Of a DNA stretch of 64,000 nt, positions 37,479-49,646 are shown one piece after another. Every line of letters starts with the position of its first letter. Positions within the stretch are counted from its first letter, which is position 1. Made by a program: the position numbers and the translations under genes. Source of the DNA: Fistulifera solaris (lineage: Eukaryota); the NCBI GenBank assembly GCA_030295235.1, contig AP026131.1, forward strand, positions 806,001 to 870,000, given 5' to 3'. The notes under the pieces are model-generated. The model was not told the DNA's origin, made no database searches, and was given only the letters and a program-made list of their open reading frames with translations.

Positions 37479-38958
37479 ATGACATTTGATTCAATGAAAG
37501 CCGTCTTATTCACATGGCTGCTTTCGTTATTCACGGGGATCACCGCCACGGAAGACTTTGCCCGTCTGTTGAACGACGCCTCATCCCAAGTGAACTCGTT
37601 CTTTGTCGACTCACGGAATACCTACTACGATGGCTATCAACAAGCGTGGCGTTATCTGGGATTCTACGTGGACTGTTATACGAAAGAAGGAACCAAAGTG
37701 TGTCAGCGATATCTGCTATGGGCCGCGGTACGTAGTAAATTAAGATTGGCTTTCGTTTTTTCTTTCAACAATACTCTCACCCACTCCCCTACCAACTTGT
37801 ATCGCTACACAGTACGTCGATTTAGATTATGAAGGCGGCGGTATCGGTGAATATCAGTACTACAACGTCAATAGCAATACATGGGACGACTCGGCTTGTG
37901 AGCTTCGTCACAACAATGAGAAACGTTGCGCCAAAATGGATTGCCATCTACCCGATACGACCCACTGGAAATTGATGGGATACTTTCGCAACTACGATTA
38001 TTATGATTTTTTTGAACAACTCTTCAAGCATGAAGGATACTGTATCTGGAACGATGGAGATTTGACCGACTTTATGTACGGCAACTACAATTCTTGGCCA
38101 CAGGGATGCACGGCCACCAATGCGTATTCCGAGTTGGATGAAACGCAATTGCTGTATTATGACATCAAGCCCACGGCCGATGCCAACATGACGCTTGGCT
38201 TGTATACGGATGCGGCGTGTTCCGTCGAGTACATGGGAAATCAAACCGTCGATGATCTTTTGCAACAACAGCAACAACATCAAGGTGGTCACCGTGAACT
38301 CCGTGGTGGGCTGTTGTTGGGCGAGTATCTTCAAAAGTGGAACGACGCGTTGAGTGTCTACAAAGTGTGCCAGCCGTGTCGTGCGTACAACTTGTACGCC
38401 GATGGGCGACGACAACGTGAACTCAATAACAATAACAACGCCAATGATGGCTACTTTGAATGCAATGACATTGCAGGATACACAGGTGCGTATTACCCAC
38501 AGATAATTGTGCGTTTTGAGCGGAATCTGATAACGAGTTAACTCACTTTTCCTCTTTCTTCAGATGTCAATCAATGCATGAAATTCCGAACCAAAACCAA
38601 CATGGCATATGCCCCGCTTTATGAAGTGCACAAGGCGACACAACAGGGTGGACTGCTTTCCACCGCATTGGACGGCCAAACAGTCTTGGGACATCCAGTG
38701 AGTAGCACGGCGGAGGCTCACAAGCAAATGAACCGATACGCCGAAGACGAAATGTTCTTGAAAGTATCTCGATGGATGCTAATTTTGTCGGTGATCTGCT
38801 TATTTAGCGTTTGGGCGTGGCGCATGTGGCGCAACTCGGTTCAACGCAACGCCCAGAAAAATTTACGACAACCTTTGGTCGACGCGGACGCTTCCATCGT
38901 AACGCCACCACGTGTGACTCGGACACCTTCCAGCAGCAAGCAAATGTATTCCGTTTAA
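37479..38958 (+). CDS. Diatom-type Tyr/Cys/N/Q-rich single-pass membrane protein with RXL motifs (silicanin-like architecture)
   Basis: Signal peptide, RLL, two REL motifs next to Q/N runs, many Cys, C-terminal TM and short tail. Introns 37728-37812 and 38486-38563 join the three ORFs. Confidence 0.85.
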
Positions 38959-39058
38959 AAGAGAACGAAAAAGCGAATATTTACTCGCTATATGAAGTGT
39001 CGTTCTCTTTTGAAAATAAAAAATAGATCAATATTTTTATTCATGTTAGCTCGGCCTC

Positions 39059-39479
39059 TTATTCTTTACATTCCGTCACTTTGACGTATTTATCATTCAC
39101 TAGCTGATAAAATTGCTTACATCGCACAAATTGCCCTCTATCGATGTTGCCATATGCATCTACACCGCCTTTCCGCTTCGTATTGGCAGTTGATAGACCC
39201 GCTCGCTCACAGGCTTGGCCGCGTTGCGGTGATGGTTGTCCAAATTTGCACAGAGCCTCGTCGGCGGTCATTTCTTTCTTGTCGGTCGTGGTCGACAGTT
39301 CTTTCTCGGCGAAGGCATCCATATCCAGAAGAGCTTGAGTGGGTTGCGGCATTATCAATCCGGTCAACATGCCCGTGCTTGCTGTCGTCGAAAGGAGCCA
39401 TTGTCGTCGACTTTGCATCCAAGCGTCAGCATGAAGCAGTACACAATAAAAAAGAGAGCGAGAGGAAGAGACGCGCCAT
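39059..39479 (-). CDS. Small putative thylakoid-lumen protein
   Basis: Signal peptide ending ADA-W, twin-arginine SRR, hydrophobic stretch, TQA cleavage site, mature part with 4 Cys; ATG 39479 requires a frameshift in a T-run. Confidence 0.6.
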
Positions 39480-40368
39480 TTAAAATTATTATCTCTCTCT
39501 GTTAGTTTGACGTCGAAGGACACTCAAAGCATTACCTTCTTTTGAATAATCTTGACTTTTAAGCCACGCAGCAAATGAGAAAAGTGAGCTCGAAATTGTG
39601 AGTCAGAAAAAGGGTGCAAAAAAATCATGTAGACTAGGGGTAAGGCTGTATCGATGGTAAACGGCGGCTCCGCCTCCGCCGACCACCGACGACTCCTCCT
39701 CACTTGGTTTTCAGTCCCGAAAAAACGTGTGCATTCCTTCACGTATTTGGTGGTGTCTTTGACAAAAGATTCATTTCATTGATTATAAAAAATTTTCAAT
39801 GCTTTTGCTATAATAATGCGTTCAGAATGAATCATAACACCCGTCGTCTTTCTCGTGAAGCTATGTCTTCGTATTTAACAATAGACTCAAAGTGTTTTAT
39901 CAACGTTACCACGACTGTATTTCAGTCACGAAGCGTAGAACCATCACTATGGGTCTATAGTCATTACAGAAGGAAGCCATCGAGAGGCAAAAAGAATGAA
40001 GGCTCGCATTGTAGATTTCAGCGGAAGGCTGGTTTCACTGATATAAATAATCATAGCTCACAACTTTGTAGAACGAACGAAGGTTGCATAGCGCTTTGGC
40101 CCGGAAGAAAATTGATTCATGACTGATATGCAGTCGTGGCGAAAGGTCCCCCACACTTGAATGCTATAGTAAAAATGGACCGCATCTGTTTATGGCTCCG
40201 GCGTGCTGCAAACAACGTCCATTATGGCGATAAAGATCGAAGAATGAAAATGAGATTGGCAACGAGTTCAAAGCTCATTGGGTCATTAATACGTCTACAA
40301 AAGGATAAAGCATGAAGTATTTTGTACGAATGCTATGTAATATGGAACTATCGGTAGAGTTGCAATCA

Positions 40369-42796
40369 TTAAAGACTGCGCTGCATTCTCTGGACATCCA
40401 ACAACGAATCGCGTAGACCTTTGATCTGGCCTTCAATTTCGGTAATTCTGTGAGCTACGTCCGCATTCGGCTGCGTCAATTCTTCCCAGTTCGCTTCATT
40501 GATGCGTGACATCAGAGTGCTGCGCAAGGATTTTTGAACCCTTCGTACAAATGATGGTTCAATTGAAACTTGCACACAATCAAATTGAATTCGGACATGG
40601 CTAGAATGTACTCGAAAGAACGCTCGAGAATCATTTCCGTCTCTTCTTCGGTAATCATGGCGGTACGCTGATCCGGTAAAAACGATTTCTTCTCCGTCGC
40701 ATGTTTCTTGTGCTTTTCACGGACCAGCTGGGTCACATCCTTGAAGCTTTGAAACCAAGTCTTCTTTTCTTCTTTATCACCGTTTTCGAGCTCCTGCTTC
40801 GAGACCTTGCGATAGTCGAGAAGGTTAGGATCAATGGTGGAGTACATGGGCTCCATCGACGAGTTCAATTCGCTGGAGGCTTTTACCAAAAGATCCCAGA
40901 GCATTTCATCGAACTTTCCCACCAAGAAGCGTTCGAGTCCTGTAGGAATCAACTGGAACTCAGCAGAGAACTCTTCTCCTTGACGCACATCATTTAAAGC
41001 CACCATAAATAAGCGCCGGAAGATACACCCTACGTGCTTCGCAATAAAGTTCATGCCCGGTTCCGAAACATCTTTCAAGCAAACGCGAGTGATTTCCACC
41101 ATGGCGCGCTCCCAGTTTTCATGCTGCAAACCACCGCAGAGATATCCGGTCACATTCGCTACTTGATCTTTCAATTCAAACGGGTCAGGAAGAGCGTCGA
41201 ACATAATGACGCGAAAGAACTCGAGGGCGCGTTGGTACTGTTTGCCACCGAGGAAGAGCTGATCGGCTTGAATCTGGTCGGGAAGTTCTTCCAGTTTCGC
41301 CATGCGATCACGCCATCCATCTTCCTTGGCTGTATGGATATTGAGCTCTCGGTCGCGCCATTCCGAGTCTTCTTCTTCATCGAGCTCGTCGTGGAGTGTC
41401 TGAAGCTTGTCGGGAAATTTCTGGCCAACTTCGAGATTACCGTCCAAGTAAGACTGGATTTTCTCTTGAATACGGAACAACATACGATTTACAACGTTGC
41501 GCAGATTCTTCGGGTCACTGAGATTCTGACAGTCCTTGAGAAGCTTGAGTTCCTTTTGGCACCGGAGCAAATCTGCTCGCAACGATGCTAGAACTTCGGG
41601 GAGACGCTGGACCGTATCCTTCAACATGATTTCTCTCATAACTTTCTTGGCAGTCTTGAATCCAATGCGCTTTGCCGTTTCCGGGTTCGATGTATCATTG
41701 TCTCCATGATCGATACGGAACTGCTCCTGTCCCATGATCCAGTTTTCGAAACGATCTTTCTCGTACGCATCAGCGTTCTGAATCAATGTCATGCGGTGCT
41801 GGAACAATACGTCGTGCGGCAGGTTTTCCTTAGAAAGAGTGGGTGTAATAATCAGATGCGGATAGCACTTGTTCTCGAAAAACTCCTGGAAAAAGTTGTT
41901 CGCCTTGGACGCGGTTCGGACATCTTCTTGCTGCTTGTCAAACTTGGTCATAAGGAAAGTGGCGTCGTTGATCCACTTGTCTCTTCCACCGAGACTCTCA
42001 TCACAAAACTGAACGATCGGGTTCGTGGCGAATTCCGTTGGCTCAAGAAGCACACAAAGCTTCGTGTTGGTCTTTTTCATCTCACTGCGGAGAATGGTCT
42101 TGATGTCTTCACGGTTGTCTTTACCGGTGCTCTTGTTTGCTATGATACCGGGTGTATCGACAAAGCGCATGTTTTGGACGTTATTGGCGCGATACACCAG
42201 ACAGATGGGCTTCGTACTGAATCGATCCTCGTTACCGAGCATCATGGTGTGCGCGTTGATTCGCTTGAAGACTTCGTTGACTGGTAAATCCTTTCCGTGG
42301 AACGTATCTTGCAGCTCTTCGCCCCAAAGTTCGCACGATGGCTCAACTTTCGTGCTGTCGTGGATGCACGTTGTATCCAAAGGGCACCGAGTACCTGTTC
42401 CTGCTTGCACAATGTTAAGGACCGAGTTGAGAAAGCGTTCCATGATGGTACTCTTTCCAGCGCTTTGCATACCGCAGAAGACAAAGGTCATGAACGGAGC
42501 GGGACGCTTGAGTAAGTCTTGGTAGACTCGGTTCACTTTGGCGACAAACTGAAGCAAATCATCTTCGTTACGACTGAGCAACGACGAAAACTTCTCATCG
42601 GCCAATTCTTCGACGTTTACGCGGGCGCGTTGCGATCCTCCATTGTCCTTGCCCCCCTTTGACTTCCTTGCATTCCGCTTCTTCTTGCGCTCTTCAGCAG
42701 TCGAACTTCTTTGATGGGCTTTCGCACATAATCGTCACTCTCGGTGAAGTCTTGCTTCTTTTCTTCTCCCTCCTCGTCATACATGCTGATTTTCAT
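40369..42796 (-). CDS. Dynamin-family GTPase (DRP5-like), intronless
   Basis: G1 GMQSAGKS, G2 TRCP, G3 DTPG, G4 TKFD, long helical stalk; frameshifts near 42655 and 40530 join the flanking ORFs. Confidence 0.9.
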
Positions 42797-43251
42797 TTGC
42801 TGCAAAGATAGTTAGAAAGTTTTCCTTCTGCTGGCTTATGGTCACTGTTCATTTGTGGTCTTACAAAAAATTTTGAAGTTTACCATGACAAAATTTTCAG
42901 CAACCAATAGAAAACGTGCAACAAGTCGGGATGCGATTGTTCTTACATTGTATGCCACGTACGTACCGTGGACCGTGGACTACAGACCTGCAAAGGTTTT
43001 GGTGTTCCCGGTACTAGGTACGGTACGAGTATCGCAACCATCCGAGCGCTATGGCTTGTTGCCTTGCGCGAAACGCATAACCTATTGTCACACACAACAC
43101 GAAAGTATCTCTGAATGTCAAAAGGTTCTCATAAGATTTCGTTAAACCGGTTCAGATAGAAGAGTCGCTTACTATTACTCCACTGGAGCTTAAGTGTCAT
43201 GAGAACAGTCGTCCAGCATTAGCCCGTATAATTCTTCCTTCGTCTGAAAGC

Positions 43252-44142
43252 TTATCCCATAATGAGACGTCCAAAGATCACGGCATAAACCGCAATACTG
43301 ATCTGTAGCGCATCCGCACCCCAGTGATTCGCCGCAGGGACCGAAAGCCAACCTCCGATCCAGAAACTGGCTGCCACCATGGCAAAGACTCTCAACTTTT
43401 CGGCATTCGCCAAGTTTCCACGCAAAATCTGTCCCATGAACGTTCCCATGTCGGAAGTAATACCCGAGAAATGCGCCGATCGCAACAAGTTACCCGCCGC
43501 CAGTTGGGAAGTCCAACTGTTGGTGATACCGGTCGCGAGGGCGAGCAAGATCCACGTCGGCAATGGCTCGAGTTCGAGCGAATGGGCCGCGGCCACCAAC
43601 AATCCCGCCACCAACAGCGGTAGGGCATTCTCGATCCCGTTCGGATTCAAGATTCCGTTCAGGGAAGAACCTCCCATGTAACTGAGAATGACACTGACTT
43701 GTGTTTGCAGGATGCTATGATCCATTTTGGCTGCCGCTATAGCCGATGTCGTCCAAGCGCCCGTCACAGCGGATACAGCTTGTTTGGTCGCTTTGAGAGC
43801 ACCTCCCAACGCGAGTCCGTTCATGAAGCCATTGTTGGCTGCCAAAATGCATCCCATGAGAATGAGATTGTTGCGAGACGGCAATTTTATGACACCGGTC
43901 GGAATGTGAATCGACAATTTGCCGACGGGCGGGGTAGGAGAAGAAGTAGGTGCGTACACGGTCTCGGGTGTTGTAGGAATCGGCTTGGGAATGCTACTTC
44001 CGTAGACATTGCTGGGAAGTCGTTCCACGGTCTCTGGCGAAATGACTTTTAGAGGTTGTTGTTGTTGAGTGTACGAGCTATCGGCAGACGCTGCGCCGAT
44101 CGCGAGCGATGCGAGCAAAGTACGGCAAAGAATCGATTTCAT
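43252..44142 (-). CDS. DUF1275/YoaK-family membrane protein with signal peptide
   Basis: NGFMNG, VSAVTGAWT, LRSAHFSGITSDMG motifs; about 6 TM helices. Confidence 0.8.
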   Translation of the reverse strand: MKSILCRTLLASLAIGAASADSSYTQQQQPLKVISPETVERLPSNVYGSSIPKPIPTTPETVYAPTSSPTPPVGKLSIHIPTGVIKLPSRNNLILMGCILAANNGFMNGLALGGALKATKQAVSAVTGAWTTSAIAAAKMDHSILQTQVSVILSYMGGSSLNGILNPNGIENALPLLVAGLLVAAAHSLELEPLPTWILLALATGITNSWTSQLAAGNLLRSAHFSGITSDMGTFMGQILRGNLANAEKLRVFAMVAASFWIGGWLSVPAANHWGADALQISIAVYAVIFGRLIMG

Positions 44143-44303
44143 TCTTAAAGTAGCTTGATGATGAGTAGCACAGATAGATAATAAACGGAATGGATTGCCT
44201 TTTTTGTTTAGCACGAAAGTTGTTTTCACAAAGAAAGATCGCAAGAGATGAGAAGCAACAAACTAAAAACTCTTGCGAGACGAGGTGTCATCTTGAAGTC
44301 TGA

Positions 44304-44333
44304 TGACGTATGTTAACTACGTCACAGTGACGT
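44304..44333. promoter_or_regulatory. Three TGACGT bZIP-type sites, two forming a palindrome
   Basis: TGACGTA-tgttaac-TACGTCA (44304-44324) and TGACGT at 44328, in the DUF1275/urease divergent promoter. Confidence 0.5.
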
Positions 44334-44661
44334 GTCAAGGCGACAAGTAAGTCACGAAGACACATGACTCCTTACTTCTTTTGAAATTTTTCTTCTGCTT
44401 CCCTCGCAATCTTGGGAGTTTTGACATTGAACAATACAGGAAACAGTACTGACGCTTTCTGTTTCTGAAAACTGCTATGAGGTAAGATGTACACAATGGG
44501 AACCGGTACTCGCAAACTCGTCCGCAACCGCATCCATCGCATCAAACATCACAAGGAAAGATCTTTTTAGATCCATAAAACATCATTCACCCAATCAAAT
44601 AAGAAAACGATAAAATAGCAGGCACATTCCTTGTCTCTCTTGAATTGACTTCATCAATACC

Positions 44662-47222
44662 ATGTTTCGATCACTACTCGCGCATCGGCGTACGCGATGG
44701 ACTCCTCCGAAACAGCGATGGCTTCACTTGACGCCCCGCGAAATCGATCATTTGCAGCTGCACCAAGCCGGCCGATTGGCACAATATCGCTTGGCCCGGG
44801 GTGTTCGTCTGAATGTTCCCGAGGCAGTCGCATTGATCAGTATGCAAATGATGGAAGATATTCGCAACGGAAAGGCGAGTGTTGCCGAATTGATGAGTAA
44901 GGGTCAGTCCTTGTTGGGGCGCAATCAAGTACAGAAGGGAGTCGATCAACTGATTGAACAAGTACAAGTGGAAGCGTGTTTTCCGGATGGTACCAAACTT
45001 CTGACCGTGCATAGTCCCATTGCACAAGCAGACGGTGATTTGGTGGCAGCCTTGGAAGGATCTTTTCCTGCCGGTGCCCGAACTATCCGCCTTTGCTCCA
45101 GATGATTCGGAAGATGGCGAGGAGTACACGCCGGGACAAGTCCTCCCCAGCAGCGATAATGATGTTATTACGTTGAATGCGGGACGCGACTTGATCGAGC
45201 TGCCTGTAACCAATACAGGCGACCGACCGATTCAGGTCGGTTCACACTATGCCTTTACGGAGACCAACAAAGCATTGCGATTCGATCGGCTGGCGGCCAA
45301 GAAGAAGCGATTGAATGTACCAGCTGGGGCCAGTGTTCGTTTTGAGCCAGGTGAAACCAAAAATGTCACACTTTGTGATGTTGGAGGATCGCAGACTGTG
45401 TTTATGGGCAACCAACTGCATCGTTCGAAAGACGATGCGCAGATGGAAAAAGCGCTTGGTGAGCGAAGGCTTTCAGCATGCGCCTCTGGAAGGCAAGCCG
45501 GCGCCAGGAACGGCGTATACGATGAGTCGGTCGCAGTATGCGGACATGTACGGACCGACCACAGGTGACCAGGTTGTTTTGGGCGATACCTGCTTGAAGA
45601 TTCAGGTCGAGTACGATTTTACGACGTACGGTGAGGAGTGTAAATTCGGTGGTGGCAAGACTTTGCGCGAAGGCATGGGTCAGTCGACGACGGCCACTGC
45701 TGAGGAGGCACTCGATGTTGTGATTACAAATGCTCTCATCGTTGATGCTGTCACGGGTATCATCAAGGCCGATGTGGGGATCAAAGGCAATCGCATTGTG
45801 GGAATCGGCAAAGCTGGTAACCCAGATATGATGGATGGCGTAACTCCAGGCATGATTGTCGGAGTCACTACTGACGTGATTGCCGGTGAAACGTTGATTT
45901 TGACAGCGGGTGGCATTGACACGCACATTCATTGGATTTGTCCCCAGCAAATGCCCGAGGCAATTGCGAGTGGTGTAACTACCATGTTTGGTGGTGGTAC
46001 AGGGCCTTCGGCTGGATCATGTGCTACCACCTGCACTCCTGCACCCTCGCATATCAAGACTATGCTACAAGCCACCGACTCGTTTCCAATGAACGTCGGA
46101 TTTAGTGGAAAAGGTAACACGAGTCATGCCGACACATTGGAAAGCGTTCTTCGCGCGGGTGCGAGCGGCTTCAAGTTGCATGAAGATTGGGGTACCACAC
46201 CGAGCAGTATCGACGCAGCGCTCTCCTTTGCAGACAAACATGATGTCGCCATCACCATCCACACGGATACGCTCAACGAGTCAGGCTTCGTACAAGATTC
46301 GATCGCCGCCATGAAAGGACGAACCATTCACACGTATCACACGGAAGGTGCTGGAGGAGGGCATGCTCCTGATATTTTGTGCATAGTCGGACAAAACAAC
46401 GTTTTGCCCAGTTCTACGAATCCCACACGTCCCTTTACTGTGAATACAATCGACGAACATTTGGATATGCTCATGGTCTGCCACCATCTAGACAGCCGTA
46501 TCCCAGAAGATGTTGCCTTTGCAGAGTCTCGAATTCGCGCTGAAACTATCGCTGCCGAAGATATCTTGCAAGATTGGGGTGCCATCAGTATTATCTCCAG
46601 TGATAGTCAAGCCATGGGTCGTGTCGGCGAAGTGATTTCGCGCACATGGCAAACCGCCGATAAGATGAAACGCCAACGTGGTGCTCTTCCAGAAGACGCG
46701 TCGAATAACAATGACAATCACCGTGTCAAGCGATACGTCGCTAAGTACACCATCAATCCGGCTATTGCTCACGGCATGAGTAAAGAAATCGGCAGTGTCG
46801 AAGCAGGTAAATGGGCGGATCTTGTTTTGTGGAAGCCTGCCTATTTTGGCGCCAAGCCGGAGATGATCATCAAAGGAGGTACAATTGCTTATTCGCAAAT
46901 GGGTGACGCGAACGCTAGTATTCCAACCCCGCAACCTGTCTTGATGCGTCCCATGTTTGGAGCGAATGTACCGAGCACTAGCATCGCCTTTGTCAGCGGC
47001 GCTGCTGCATCCGCTGGTGTTGGTGAAGAATACGGACTGAAGAAGAATGTAATTGGTGTAAAGAACTGCCGTGATTTGACTAAGCAAGACTTGATGTATA
47101 ACGACCGCACTCCTGATATCACGGTCGATGCTGAGACTTTCCAAGTGCGGGCGGATGGAGAGCTACTACGCTGCGACCCGGTCACCAAAGTTCCATTGGG
47201 ACAGCGATTCTTCCTCTTCTAA
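44662..47222 (+). CDS. URE: Urease (fused gamma-beta-alpha), N-terminal mitochondrial-type presequence
   Basis: [66 protein letters not shown]; frameshifts near 45063 and 45447. Confidence 0.98.
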
Positions 47223-47286
47223 AACGTTTGATCAAAGAAGGTCAAGTTTTCTATGAGTAGGCTTTAGTAGACTGATTCGTGTAAAG

Positions 47287-47955
47287 TTATGTTCTGTCTT
47301 TATTTGCCCTTGACTTCGTCGATGATTCGCCTTGTTGGGAACTTTCTCCTCGCGACACTCGATCGTAGATTCGACTAAAAGTAGCAAAAAAGTCGACTGT
47401 TATACTTCCTATAACTGGATGCAGACCGCCCCTTTCGCGGCGATTTCTTCTTTCATGCTCAACGACCACGTCACTCTCTTCTGCCGCCGAAACAGATCGA
47501 ACGGCAACCCCTTCTTCATATGCTCTATCGCGATTCTCATCATCATCCTCACCATAAGGAAAACAATTTTCAGAGTAGTCTAATGGATGCCAAGCTAATA
47601 TCAGAAAGATGCGGCAAATGTGTGCTGCTTGGCATTCATTCGTTACTTCAAGAAATACGCCCGGTTTTTCTGGCGATTCCAACCATATGCGGCCGGGTGG
47701 ATCAAGATTGTTGAATTCGTCGAGGACTGTACGTCCTAGTAGTTGTTGAGCGTCCATGGAAGGTTGATTTTTGTAGTCGTCCTTGTATTTTTCGATGAGC
47801 TGTTCGAATTGGAATGCGCTTGGCGTGGAGGCGTTTGAAATGCGACCTTCTTGCGTGACGTATACATCATTGCCTTGCGCAATCGGCAACGAATTCATCG
47901 TATTGATCGTTTCAAACTCTAACGAGGCAGGAGAGATAGAATCGCTCCTTCGCAA
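47287..47955 (-). CDS. DUF6824-like protein (divergent)
   Basis: NDV....F..LI.KYK.DY...L...VL..F..LDPPGRIW....F.EV pattern typical of the diatom-expanded DUF6824. Confidence 0.6.
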   Translation of the reverse strand: MRRSDSISPASLEFETINTMNSLPIAQGNDVYVTQEGRISNASTPSAFQFEQLIEKYKDDYKNQPSMDAQQLLGRTVLDEFNNLDPPGRIWLESPEKPGVFLEVTNECQAAHICRIFLILAWHPLDYSENCFPYGEDDDENRDRAYEEGVAVRSVSAAEESDVVVEHERRNRRERGGLHPVIGSITVDFFATFSRIYDRVSRGESSQQGESSTKSRANKDRT

Positions 47956-48591
47956 TGGCGAAGGCAGGTTTACCTTTACCTATTTGCTTCAAGATTTGCT
48001 TTTGTGTGAAGTGTGAACTCTCACAAAGGCTCATTTTGCTCGAACGAGCAAAACGAAAAATCAAAGCTTTCCATTTCCATGTGCTTTATGTTCAAACTTC
48101 AACATGCACACTGGAGACTAAAGTAGTCTTGCGTTCGTCGTCGTCACTCGTTGTCCATGACCTGTTTGTACTACAAAATTGCATATACAACAACTTCCAC
48201 TTTCCGAGGCCGAACTTCCAGAAGCAAGAAGCAAGTTTCCACATACTTTGTACTATCGGAAAGATTGTATAAGACACGCACGCAACACGCAACAGCAAAA
48301 TCAGTAGTGACTAGTGACTGAGTATTGAGTCACTCAATCAGGAAACGTGAACGGATAACGTGACTGGTTCTGTAGAGGACCTAAATAAACTCTCAGGTCC
48401 GTTAAGGTTACCTGGTAGCACTTAGTCTAAGCCGAAAATGCTCACGAAGACGAGGAAGCATAAACTTCTCGGATCTTTTCCACGGCTTCGGCTCTTCGAA
48501 AAATCTTTTTTCTTTGCGGTTGCAGCCGATAAGGGAAACAGAAGTGTTGTTGTTTCCTCATCTCATTGCCATTTTCTATATCAAGCGAAAC

Positions 48592-49362
48592 ATGATAACC
48601 AGCTTTCGAAACGGCAATACCAAAGCACTAGCAGCGTGGCTGCAGAAGTGCCAACAACGCTCTCACTATTCCTACCGAGGACCGGGTCAGTACAGTCGCA
48701 CTTTGGAGGTCCGAGAACGCCTTTGGAAAGAGCGCGATTTCAAAGAACGTGGTTTTACCGTGGGAATCGGTGGACCGGTCGGATCGGGAAAGACTCACCT
48801 TGTGTTGGCACTGTGTCAACAGATGGAAATCGCCGGCGTCGTGACGAATGATATCTTTACCGCTGAAGATGCCAACTTCTTGACGCACAAAGAGGCTTTG
48901 CCGGCCGATCGTATTCGTGCCGTGGAAACCGGTGGATGTCCTCATGCTGCCATTCGAGAAGATGTGAGCATGAACTTGTCGGCACTGGAAGAACTGACGT
49001 CGTCCATTCCGGACGAGCCACAGGCCAATCGACTGCTCTTGTGCGAATCGGGTGGTGACAACTTGGCGGCCAATTTCTCGGCGGAACTGGCGGATTTGAT
49101 GATTTATGTCATTGATGTAGCCGGAGGTACGAAAGTGCCGCGCAAAGGTGGACCGGGCGTGTGTGAGTCTGATCTATTAGTCATCAACAAGTCGGATATT
49201 GCCGAGGCCGTGAATTCGGATCTGGATGTTATGTACGCTGATGCCACACGAATGCGAGGTGAAGAAGCAACAGTGGTGTTGGCTTCCGTCAAATATGGCA
49301 AAGGAATGCTGGATATTCAAGATTTTATTTGGAAGAATTATCAGCATGCCATGTCACTGTAA
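48592..49362 (+). CDS. ureG: Urease accessory GTPase UreG
   Basis: [53 protein letters not shown]. Confidence 0.97.
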   Translation: MITSFRNGNTKALAAWLQKCQQRSHYSYRGPGQYSRTLEVRERLWKERDFKERGFTVGIGGPVGSGKTHLVLALCQQMEIAGVVTNDIFTAEDANFLTHKEALPADRIRAVETGGCPHAAIREDVSMNLSALEELTSSIPDEPQANRLLLCESGGDNLAANFSAELADLMIYVIDVAGGTKVPRKGGPGVCESDLLVINKSDIAEAVNSDLDVMYADATRMRGEEATVVLASVKYGKGMLDIQDFIWKNYQHAMSL

Positions 49363-49646
49363 AGAGCATTTGAAAGAGTGCAGTTTGCACAAAAAACTGT
49401 TACGCAAAGGTAGAAGTATAGTTGCTGAGGAGAAGAATCACAAGCACGGCTCTTACTCTTGCGTGGATGATATGATGTGCAACATTTCATGTATGTAGTA
49501 CTGTAGGTATTGAACATTTAAAACAGTCAAAGGAAAAGGCTCATTGTGTTACCCTAGCTGTACCAACTAGTCCACAAGCTACTATTGCTACCAGTTTTTT
49601 CATCTCAATCAAAGTTGCTAGTCACTACAAGCAAAAAAGCCGCCGT

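Noticed and set aside
40701..47188. Long antisense ORFs over dynamin, DUF1275 and urease
   Set aside because: Shadow frames of real genes on the opposite strand.
1..47222. Programmed frameshifting or mass pseudogenisation (breaks in ABCB, SPS, TPI, cyclin, PLP enzyme, dynamin, urease)
   Set aside because: Most breaks are single-base gains or losses in homopolymer runs, in both directions, with no shared slippery signal and intact catalytic motifs. This is typical of sequencing error; short-read polishing would confirm.
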